Shown: piece after piece, positions 11,525 through 22,113 of the stretch
How positions within the stretch are numbered: position 1 is the first letter of the stretch
How the letters are laid out: the number at the start of each line of letters is the position of its first letter
Source: Tubiluchus corallicola
Taxonomy: Eukaryota > Animalia > Priapulida
Direction of reading: 5' to 3'
Assembly: GCA_030141605.1 (NCBI GenBank)
Contig: JAQGDQ010001891.1
Location: forward strand, 1 to 22,113
DNA length: 22,113 nt
The notes under the pieces: model-generated
Told to the model about the DNA's origin: nothing
Database searches by the model: none
The model's input: the letters and a program-made list of their open reading frames with translations, nothing else
Made by a program: the position numbers and the translations under genes

Positions 11525-12424
11525 CTGTGCAGGTTCCGCCTGAAGCCGGTTTCTCATATCCAGCTAAACATTCACATCGTTTCACACCGTGTTTGTCTTG
11601 CACGCAACGTTCAAATAACTCCGGATTGCAACCTCCTTCTGGACTCGAGTCTTGACATTCTGATGCAAGGTCTGGTGGCGACGTCGGTTCCACTGTTGAT
11701 GGTGTCGTCGGTGTCGTTGCTTCAGTGGGAGTGGTTTCTTGTGTGATTAGAGTTGGTTCAGTTGTATCCACTGTTGGCTCTGTTCCGCTGCCTGTTTCAG
11801 CTGTCATCAAATCCAGGTCGCTTAAATCACGTTCAACTATATGATGGGACAGATACTCCAGTTCTGACCTCCAATATTCACTGGCTGGATCAGCATCATC
11901 TGACGTTGCATGATCACCTACGCTTAGTTCATTTTCATTGTAGACTTTGTTACGTTCATTTTTCTTATAAACGTTGTTAAAGTTGACAACATCATTTGAA
12001 CTGGATGATATCAACTCTTCACTTCCGTTATGTTGAATATCATCATAACTATCAGATGTGTGATTCGCAACTCTCAAGTTCGGTTGTCCATTCACTGTAT
12101 CTGTCAGGTTATTAACAATTTCACTAAACTGGTTTACTGGATTGGATATTGCCTTGTGTGCAACTATCATCGCGCGTCTGTCAGAGTCTGCAGATTTTCT
12201 AGAAGTCTCTACAGTTCTATAAACTTGAGCAGAACTAAAGTTCCTGATTGTTTCCAGTTGTTGGGATGCAGGCATGTCTTCCTGTAGAAGCAAATCCTTA
12301 TTTAAGACGTGTAAACTGGTACGAGATTCTCCAAGTCTGTTCTGTTGGTTTTGATTTTGTGATGAGTCTAGATGATGCTCCAGGGAAGACGCTGACGTCA
12401 TCAGAATCAACAGCATCCATCCTA
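11525..12424 (-). CDS. Large coding exon (900 bp, phase 1-1) of an EGF-SEA-EGF-EGF-TM mucin-like gene: hydrophobic leader, N/S/D-rich region, T/P/E-rich mucin stalk, first EGF domain
   Basis: Open frame within ORF 11478..12464. Acceptor ttttcactttttgcatgtttacataccag|TAG (NAGNAG alternative at 12421); donor ACA G|gtaagg at 11525/11524. Encodes GWMLLILMTSASS, TTPTEATTPTTPSTVEPTSPP and a six-Cys EGF (CQDSSPEGGCNPELFERCVQDKHGVKRCECLAGYEKPASGGTC). First in-frame ATG is at 12416. Confidence 0.85.
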
Positions 12425-12627
12425 CTGGTATGTAAACATGCAAAAAGTGAAAACGGTTTATCAAAAATAATAATATCGATAATTAACTATCGAAGAGATT
12501 AACTCTTCCTCAAATACGAACCTTATTAATTAAAGCAAAGCCGGACTCAGCCTTAAACTGCAGGTCAAAACAATCTACTCTTTAAAATATTGAAAGAAAA
12601 CATATTATTTTTTCAAAAATGACTTAC

Positions 12628-12720
12628 GTGAAAGAATTATTATCACACAAACACAGTTTCACGTTCGCGCCACTAGTTCTTCGCTGTTACATGCATTTCA
12701 CCATTCGCTAATTAGACGTG
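12628..12720 (-). promoter_or_regulatory. Putative non-coding 5' exon and promoter-proximal region (upstream boundary unknown)
   Basis: Consensus donor CAC|gtaagtc at 12628/12627, about 200 bp upstream of the 12424 acceptor, in a locally CpG-richer stretch. No ATG in frame with the downstream exon (in-frame TGA). Confidence 0.4.
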
Positions 12721-13465
12721 CCCTAGCGCCTGCATTTCAGAAACGCACTGCTCAAAAACAGGTGCTGTACCTCTCAGTTTAGATGTGTTCGTTTGTAACG
12801 TACTGCACACATTCGACAGCTCATGCGTGAGTACAGCGGTAAATTTGAAGTTTGAATTTTTATCTTAAAATTTGCTTAGTCTTAGTACAACCCACTGAAT
12901 ATCTTACAGTAGCATTGTACTTCAATTTTCGCTTTCCCAAACACGTGCAAGACGCTCGTGGAATATTTTTGCTGTTGAAAATTATGTTAGTTTGTAATGT
13001 CGTCAATAGTTGGGCTCGTCTGCCTTTAAGGAAGGTTTTAATATATTATTTAATTATCAGAAACGCATTTTGCAGTATTAATTGTGTTAAAATGTATATT
13101 TTTCATCGAATTTGAAAATGGGGTAGTATATGCAAAATCATCCTGTTTTCCTTGAAATAAATTATTCCTTGAAATAAATAGATAAAATGATCAAGGTGTG
13201 CGTTTGCCTATGAAGTTAATCATCGTCAAAAGTGAAGTAGCAGTATGGAGGGGTGACCGTTGGCTTGTTTATTTTCTCATCTTAAAGAATAATCAGTTGC
13301 TAAGTGTCTAGATTCTGATTGGTGTTGGGGTAAATGAATTGTTAAAATGAAAACAACAACCGAAAACAATTTATGTTAAAAAATAATTTAAACCTTCAAG
13401 GGGGCATTTTCAGTTGCCATTTCTGCTTCATTGGAACAGAATTTAAAATGACAGAAGGAAGAAAT

Positions 13466-15475
13466 GTTGCAGTACAACTTTAAACATCAGTATTAAATTA
13501 GCCACATATATCTCCATGTGTCTCCACGTGCCTTCATATATCTCCATATGTCTCCACGTGGTTTCATATATCTCCACGTGCCTCCACGTGCTTTCATATA
13601 TCTCCACGTGTCTCCACGTGCTTTCATGTATCTCCATGTGTCTCCACGTGCTTTCATATATCTCCATGTGTCTCCACGTGCTTTCATATATCTCCACGTG
13701 CTTTCATATATCTCCACGTGCCTCCACGTGCTTTCATATATCTCCATGTGTCTCCACGTGCTTTCATAAATCTCCATATATCTCCACGTGCTTTCATATA
13801 TCTCCATGTGTCTCCACGTGCTTTCATATATCTCCATATGTCTCCACGTGCTTTCATATATCTCCATGCTCCACGTGCTTTCATATATCTCCACGTGTCT
13901 CCACGTGCTTTCTATATCTCCATGTGTCTCCACGTGCTTTCATATATCTCCATGTGTCTCCACGTGCTTTCATATATCTCCATATGTCTCCACGTGCTTT
14001 CATATATCTCCATGTGTCTCCACGTGCTTTCATATATCTCCATGTGTCTCCACGTGCTTTCATATATCTCCTTATGTCTCCACTTGCTTTCATATATCTC
14101 CATATGTCTCCACGTGCTTTCACATATCTCCATATGTCTCCACGTGCTTTCACATATCTCCATGTGTCTCCACGTGCTTTCATATATCTCCATGTGTCTC
14201 CACGTGCTTTCATATATCTCCATGTGTCTCCACGTGCTTTCATATATCTCCATCTCCACGTGCTTTCATATATCTCCACGTGCTTTCATATATCTCCATA
14301 TGTCTCCACGTGCTTTCATATATCTCCATATGTCTCCACGTGCTTTCATATATCTCCATGTGTCTCCACGTGCTTTCATAAATCTCCATGTGTCTCCACG
14401 TGCTTTCATATATCTCCATGTGTCTCCACGTGCTTTCATATATCTCCATATATCTCCACGCGCTTTCATAAATCTCCATGTGTCTCCACTTGCTTTCATA
14501 TAACTCCATATATCTCCACGTGCTTTCGTGTATCTCCATGTGTCTCCACTTGCTTTCATATATCTCCATATATCTCCACGTGCTTTCGTGTATCTCCATA
14601 TGTCTCCACGTGCTTTCATATATCTCCATGTGTCTCCACGTGCTTTCATATATCTCCATATGTCTCCACGTGCTTTCATATATCTCCATGTGTCTCCACG
14701 TGCTTTCATATATCTCCATATGTCTCCACGTGCTTTCATATATCTCCATGTGTCTCCACGTGCTTTCATATATCTCCATGTGTCTCCACGTGCTTTCATA
14801 TATCTCCATATGTCTCCACGTGCTTTCATATATCTCCATGTGTCTCCACTTGCTTTCATATTCCATGTGTCTCCACGTGCTTTCATATATCTCCATATGT
14901 CTCCACTTGCTTTCATATATCTCCATGTGTCTCCACTGCTTTCATATGTCTACATGTGTCTCCACTGCTTTCATAAATCTCCATGTGTCTCCACGTGCTT
15001 TCATATCTATGTCTCCACGTGCTTTCATATATCTCCATATGTCTCCACGTGCTTTCATATATCTCCATGTGTCTCCACGTGCTTTCATATATCTCCATAT
15101 GTCTCCACGTGCTTTCATATATCTCCATGTGTCTCCACGTGCTTTCATATATCTCCATATGTCTCCACGTGCTTTCATATATCTCCATGTGTCTCCACGT
15201 GCTTTCATATATCTCCATGCTTTCATATATCTCCACGTGCTTTCATATATCTCCATGTGTCTCCACGTGCTTTCATATATCTCCATATGTCTCCATGGTA
15301 AACTATTGGATACTTCTTTATTGAAAGAGAAGCAAAAAACCAATAGTGGACACCTTTTTTGTTCGGACATTATTTAAAAAGAAATCTGCTATTGTCTAAA
15401 TTATCCAATTCTTCCACAGAGGTGACATTATTTCATGGATCCTGTTCAGTGTTAATCTGAAACGAATTTTGCCCC
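13466..15475 (-). repeat. Block B' (about 2.01 kb): inverted copy of B
   Basis: 15298-15475 is the reverse complement of 9193-9370; 13466-13503 is the reverse complement of the B1 tail; array 13504-15297 is in the opposite orientation. Confidence 0.95.
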
Positions 15476-15986
15476 AGCTGACACTCGGGAACAGTTTGTA
15501 TAAAAACGCTGGGTACAAAACATATCAGTAAACTAGCTGTCAGTAAATAGGTCTATCAGTAAATCAGTAAGTGTGCATTTGAAAAAAAGTTTAGGTAACA
15601 TTGCGTAAAGTTTGAAAAAATAATCACAGCATTCGTAGTGCACTTCACTAACTAAGCAAAATTATAAATTACTTGATAGTCAATAAGATCAACAATGTGT
15701 TTGTTTGTGAGCCAGTGGTGCACACTGGGATGGCGATGCAGTGCCGTTTTTCCAGGTGGCGCGAATATATTAAATTACCAAGACTTTTCTTTTCTAGTTA
15801 CACAAGTCTTTCAAACAGGTAATTGCCAAGTAACATAATATAGAATGGAACGTTTTTTGGGACACACTTTTAAAAATCATTTCCTCCCCTTTAAACTATT
15901 CACACAAACGTCCAATGATTTGAGCAGTTACCAGACCCCCCCACCCCAGTTTATTCGTAATTTTATTTTTTTGTCGTTTTGTTTAC

Positions 15987-16096
15987 CAGTTTCACTATGT
16001 CAGCTTCTAGGGACTTGAATTCAGTTGAATCTTCATTCAGGTATGCATCCTGCCACTGGGCTTCTATAGCTAAGCTTCCATATTCCGTAGCTACAG
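15987..16096 (-). CDS. Duplicate of the SEA N-terminal exon (copy 2), intact
   Basis: Same 110-bp exon with intact ttttgcag| acceptor and |gtaaac donor. Differs from 5347..5456 at two positions, both synonymous (TCA>TCC, GTA>GTG). Expression unknown. Confidence 0.7.
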
Positions 16097-16384
16097 CTGC
16101 AAAAGTGACAAAGTTGAAATTTCACTTTTTGGAATCGGAAAATTTTATCGCACGTTTTCTTGAAGATACAAACGTGTTATTGTTATCACGTTAAACACTG
16201 CTAAACTTTATTAAATTTCTCTTAACCCAATCGTCTGGGAATCCATCAGCAAAGGCAGTAATACTTCTCAAATCAAACGTTGTAGTTATGAACTAATTTT
16301 TATAATATGATTTCATTTTTATCATTTTATAAACGTTGTAGTGAGGTATTGGACTTCAGTGTATCCAGTAAAAATTACATATAT

Positions 16385-16427
<43 letters not shown>

Positions 16428-17080
16428 TATATTTATATATTTATATATAACTTTATTTATTTTAAGTGGATTGACATACAGTAATGTTACTGATCGCAGT
16501 TTTTCCCCTGCGCATCAAATACATTTTAGCTGAGAACAGAAATATGCAACTGGTTATCAAGAATGTAGTTCCATAGATAGTTAGTTCAAAAACACAAGTA
16601 ATTCATTAGTTAATAATTAAAATTGAAATTACAAAGCTGAACGTAACTAACCCAATGCGTAACGTTTAAATATCTATGCTTAGTCAGTTACGGAAAAGCA
16701 AGAGCTGAGCTAAAGATTATTAATTCTACGAATTGCACACCGTATTTTTATAATTGCCACAATCCTCTTAATAAAAAAGTAATGTAGCAGCGTTTAATTC
16801 CGTTTATTTGTTGCTATAGTAACCAGTCGCATGGAGCAGCTGCTGTGTGGCTTTTGACATATTAAGATTATAATTTTTAACATTTATTCAAGAAAAATTG
16901 GGTTACATGAAGTTTGCAGGAAACCATTTAAGTATCGTTTTTTGTCTGTTGAGAAAAGAAAATTCCATGTCGCTCGAAAAGAAATAGATGCCAAAATAGG
17001 TTGTTTGTTCGATATAGCAATGTCTTCAGCATAAATTTACGATGGATCATCATTTAGCATAGCTATACAGGTTGTGACTT

Positions 17081-19101
17081 GAACATTACTGCATTGATGA
17101 CTATATTATGTCTTCAATGTACTGCATTGTTAACTATGTTACGTCTTCAACGTACTGCATTGTTAACTACGTTACGTCTTCAACGTGCTGCATTGTTAAC
17201 TACGTTACGTCTTCAACGTACTGCATTGTTAACTATGTTACGTCTTCAACGTACTGCATTGTTAATTATGTTACGTCTTCAACGTACTGCATTGTTAACT
17301 ATGACATGTCTTCAACGTGCTGCATTGTTAACTATGTTATGTCTTCAACGTGCTGCATTGTTAACTATGTCATGTCTTCAACGTGCTGCATTGTTAACTA
17401 TGTCATGTCTTCAACGTACTGCATTGTTAATTATGTTACGTCTTCAACGTACTGCATTGTTAACTATGACATGTCTTCAACGTGCTGCATTGTTAACTAT
17501 GTCATGTCTTCAACGTGCTGCATTGTTAACCATGTCATGTCTTCAACGTACTGCATTGTTAACTATGACATGTCTTCAACGTACTGCATTGTTAATTATG
17601 TTACGTCTTCAACGTACTGCATTGTTAACTATGTTATGTCTTCAACGTACTGCATTGTTAACTATGTTACGTCTTCAACGTACTGCATTGTTAACTATGT
17701 TATGTCTTCAACGTACTGCATTGTTAACTATGTTATGTCTTCAACGTGCTGCATTGTTAACTATGTTACGTCTTCAACGTACTGCATTGTTAACTATGTT
17801 ATGTCTTAAACGTACTGCATTCTTAACTATATTGTGTCTTTAACGTACTGCATTGTTAACTATGTTATGTCTTCAACGTGCTGCATTGTTAACTATGTTA
17901 CGTCTTCAACGTACTGCATTGTTAACTATGTTATGTCTTCAACGTGCTGCATTGTTAACTATGTTATGTCTTCAACGTGCTGCATTGTTAACTATGTTAC
18001 GTCTTCAACGTACTGCATTGTTAACTATGTTATGTCTTAAACGTACTGCATTGTTGTCTACGTTACGTCTTCAACGTACTGCATTGTTAACTATATTATG
18101 TCTTCAACGTACTGCATTGTTAACTATGTTATGTCTTCAACATACTGTATTGTTAACTACGTTACGTCTTCAACGTACTGCATTGTTAACTATGTTACGT
18201 CTTCAACGTACTGCATTGTTAACTACGTTACGTGTTCAATGTACTGCATTGTTAACTATGTTACGTCTTCAACGTACTGCATTGTAAACTATATTATGTC
18301 TTCCACGTACTGCATTGTTAACTATATTATGTCTTCAACGTACTACATTGTTAACTACGTTACGTCTTCAACGTACTGCATTGTTAACTATGTTACGTCT
18401 TCAACGTACGGCATTGTTAACTACGTTACGTCTTCAACGTACTGCATTGTTAACTATATTATGTCTTCGGAGTACTGCATTGTTAACTACGTTACGTCTT
18501 CAACGTACTGCATTGTTATCTACGTTATGTCTTCAACGTATTGTATTGTTAACTATGTTATGTCGTCAATGTACTGCATTGTTAACTATGTTATGTCTTC
18601 AATGTACTGCATTGTTAACTATGTTATGTCTTCAATGTACTGCATTGTTAACTACGTTATATCTTCAACGCACTGCATTGTTAACTACGTTACGTCTTCA
18701 ACGTACTGCATTGTTAACTATATTATGTCTTCAATGTACTGCATTGTTAACTACGTTACGTCTTCAACGTATTGCATTGTTTACTACGTTACGTCTTCAA
18801 CGTACTGCATTGTTTACTACGTTACGTCTTCAACGTACTGCATCGTTAACTGCGTTACGTCTTCAATGTACTGCATTGTTAACTACGTTACGTCTTCAAC
18901 GTACTGCATTGTTAACTACGTTACGTCTTCAACGTACTGCATTGTTAACTACATTATGGCTTCAACGTACTGCATTGTTAACTACAGTTACGTCTTCAAC
19001 GTACTGCATTGTTAACTATACTATGTGTTTAATGTACTGCATTGTTAACTACGTTACGTCTTCAACGTACTGCATTCTTAACTATATTATGTCTTTAACG
19101 T
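17081..19101. repeat. 33-bp minisatellite, about 61 units (copy 2)
   Basis: Same unit and nearly the same order of variants as 6345..8366. Confidence 0.97.
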
Positions 19102-19928
19102 AGCTGAATCATTTGCCATATTGTATCCTCAACGTAGCTGCATTGCTGGACGTACCTATGCCGTTCATCAGTGCACTACGTTGTTCGACATAGCTAGCTA
19201 TGTTTTGCAGCCTACACAATTTTGTTCGAATAACAAGCTCTTTGACGACTTCTATTTTTCTATCCAAATGAAGGCCCTCCTCGTGAGGATTTTTGCCGCA
19301 TGGTAGAAATGCTGCATCTTCCATTTTCGTGAGGAATCCTCGCAGAATATCAGTCCTAAATTTAACTACTCAATTACTGCTTTTTTATTTAACGAACAAC
19401 AATTAACACATTTCAGCATAAAATTATAAGATTTAATCTCTTTTTTAACAGACTGACGTTTTCATGTTTTGTTAATGCAACATCGATGCTACATTCGTGA
19501 AAAATACAAATAAAGCACTCATATATTTATTTTATACATGTAAATTTTCAGATTTTAAAATTGTTAATAGAACTTTACTAAAAAACCAAACAGGTCTGAC
19601 TAACATTATTAATTGTACTTTGTATATGAGAAATACAGCAAGCATAATTTTATTTTGACATGATTATACAGTATAAAACTTGCAAAGTACTTGCAGATAA
19701 CTGGACGCGTGGAAAAAAACCGCGAAGTTTCACTGTGAAATGGGCTTAACTTTACATGAATGAAAACTGCGCGAGGATTGGCTGCATATTTACAATAACC
19801 TACTGACCGCAGTCCAATTTTTGTGTTGCTCACTTAAGTAGTGCAAGACTGATTTCATCTACTGAACTGTTTACTTTCATGTTTACCTTTCGGGAGTAAC
19901 GTAAATTAGAGCGTAAATAATGTTTACC

Positions 19929-22032
19929 GGGGCAAAATTCGTTTCAGATTAACACTGAACAGGATCCATGAAATAATGTCACCTCTGTGGAAGAATTGGA
20001 TAATTTAGACAATAGCAGATTTCTTTTTAAATAATGTCCGAACAAAAAAGGTGTCCACTATTGGTTTTTTGCTTCTCTTTCAATAAAGAAGTATCCAATA
20101 GTTTACCATGGAGACATATGGAGATATATGAAAGCACGTGGAGACACATGGAGATATATGAAAGCACGTGGAGATATATGGAGTTATATGAAAGCACGTG
20201 GAGATATATGAAAGCACGTGGAGACACATGGAGATACACGAAAGCACGTGGAGATATATGGAGTTATATGAAAGCAAGTGGAGACACATGGAGATATATG
20301 AAAGCACGTGGAGATATATGGAGTTATATGAAAGCAAGTGGAGACACATGGAGATTTATGAAAGCACGTGGAGATATATGGAGATATATGAAAGCACGTG
20401 GAGACACATGGAGATATATGAAAGCACGTGGAGACACATGGAGATTTATGAAAGCACGTGGAGACACATGTAGACATATGAAAGCAAGTGGAGACACATG
20501 GAGATATATGAAAGCAAGTGGAGACATATGGAGATATATGAAAGCACGTGGAGACACATGGAGATTTATGAAAGCACGTGGAGACACATGTAGACATATG
20601 AAAGCAAGTGGAGACACATGGAGATATATGAAAGCAAGTGGAGACATATGGAGATATATGAAAGCACGTGGAGACACATGGAGATTTATGAAAGCACGTG
20701 GAGACACATGTAGACATATGAAAGCAAGTGGAGACACATGGAGATATATGAAAGCAAGTGGAGACATATGGAGATATATGAAAGCACGTGGAGACACATG
20801 GAGATTTATGAAAGCACGTGGAGACACATGTAGACATATGAAAGCAAGTGGAGACACATGGAGATATATGAAAGCAAGTGGAGACATATGGAGATATATG
20901 AAAGCACGTGGAGACACGTGGAGATATATGAAAGCAAGTGGAGACACATGGAGATACACGAAAGCACGTGGAGAAATGGAGTATATGAAAGCAGTGGAGA
21001 CACATGGAGATTATGAAAGCACGTGGAGATATATGGAGATATATGAAAGCACGTGGAGACACATGGAGATATATGAAAGCACGTGGAGACACATGGAGAT
21101 ATATGAAAGCACGTGGAGACACATGGAGATATATGAAAGCACGTGGAGACATATGGAGATATATGAAAGCACGTGGAGATACATGATATAGCACGTGGAG
21201 ACACATGGAGATATATGAAAGCACGTGGAGACACGTGGAGATATATGAAAGCACGTGGAGACACGTGGAGATATATGAAAGCACGTGGAGCCACGTGGAG
21301 ATATATGAAAGCACGTGGAGGCACGTGGAGATATATGAAAGCACGTGGAGACATATGGAGATATATGAAAGCACGTGGAGACACATGGAGATATATGAAA
21401 GCAAGTGGAGACATATGGAGATATATGAAAGCACGTGGAGACACGTGGAGATATATGAAAGCACGTGGAGGCACGTGGAGATATATGAAAGCACGTGGAG
21501 ACATATGGAGATATATGAAAGCACGTGGAGACACATGGAGATATATGAAAGCACGTGGAGACACATGGAGATACACGAAAGCACGTGGAGACACATGGAG
21601 ATATATGAAAGCACGTGGAGGCACATGGAGATATATGAAACCACGTGGAGACATATGGAGATATATGAAAGCACGTGGAGACACATGGAGATATATGAAA
21701 GCACGTGGAGACATATAGAGATATATGAAAGCACGTGGAGACACATGGAGATATGTGAAAGCACGTGGAGACACATGAAGATATATGAAAGCACGTGGAG
21801 ACACATGGAGATATATGAAAGCACGTGGAGACACATGGAGATATATGAAAGCACGTGGAGACACATGGAGATACATGAAAGCACGTGGAGACACATGGAG
21901 ATATATGAAAGCACGTGGAGACATATGGAGATATATGAAAGCACGTGGAGACATATGGAGATATATGAAAGCACGTGGAGACACATGGAGATATATGTAT
22001 TAATTTAATACTGATGTTTATTAAACTGCAAC
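19929..22032 (+). repeat. Block B2 (about 2.1 kb): third copy of B, array 20107-21998
   Basis: Same head and 30-bp unit as B1, with a diverged tail (gtattaatttaatactgatgtttattaaactgcaac). Confidence 0.95.
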
Positions 22033-22113
22033 GTATTCAAAATTAAACAAATTAACCTCGTAAATGCAACGTATTCAAAATTAGAATAAATTAACCTCGC
22101 AAATGCAACGTAT

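Larger units (their letters stand above)
15472..22113 (+). repeat. Direct segmental duplication, copy 2 (A2+B2+flank; runs off the window end)
   Basis: Starts ccccagctgacactcgggaacag at 15472. The window end (ctgcaacgtattcaaaattaaacaaattaacctcg...) still matches 11213-11301. Confidence 0.95.

Noticed and set aside
12417-12464. ORF-track N-terminus MINRFHFLHVYIP
   Set aside because: Begins at a TTG and runs through the polypyrimidine tract and acceptor; mostly intronic.
13466-22032. B'-A2-B2 as a Foldback-type transposon with 2-kb TIRs
   Set aside because: No transposase or TSD seen, the interior contains a host exon, and homology to copy 1 continues past the right arm, which fits segmental duplication better.

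Overview
AT-rich, repeat-dense eukaryotic (metazoan, probably invertebrate) genomic DNA; no prokaryotic features. Nearly all long ORFs in the track are read-throughs of tandem repeats. The real gene is spliced, on the minus strand, with six phase-compatible coding exons: 12424-11525, 5456-5347, 3702-3360, 2354-2082, 1101-1008 and probably 913-850. It encodes a type I membrane mucin-like protein of about 590 aa: hydrophobic N-terminus, N/S/D-rich and T/P/E-rich stalk, EGF, SEA with an RKRR furin-type site, EGF, EGF, TM and a short tail. Its 5' half sits in a complex rearrangement with layout A1-B1-[900-bp exon + putative promoter]-B'(inverted)-A2-B2-(continues off-window). A (about 4.4 kb) carries the SEA N-terminal exon and a 33-bp minisatellite. 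B (about 2 kb) is built on a 30-bp E-box-rich minisatellite and occurs three times (+,-,+), so the middle copy is an inverted partner for both neighbours. This could allow DNA inversion, competing RNA pairing or back-splicing, and alternative 5' modules spliced to shared 3' exons. A haplotype or long-read assembly artefact cannot be excluded from sequence alone.
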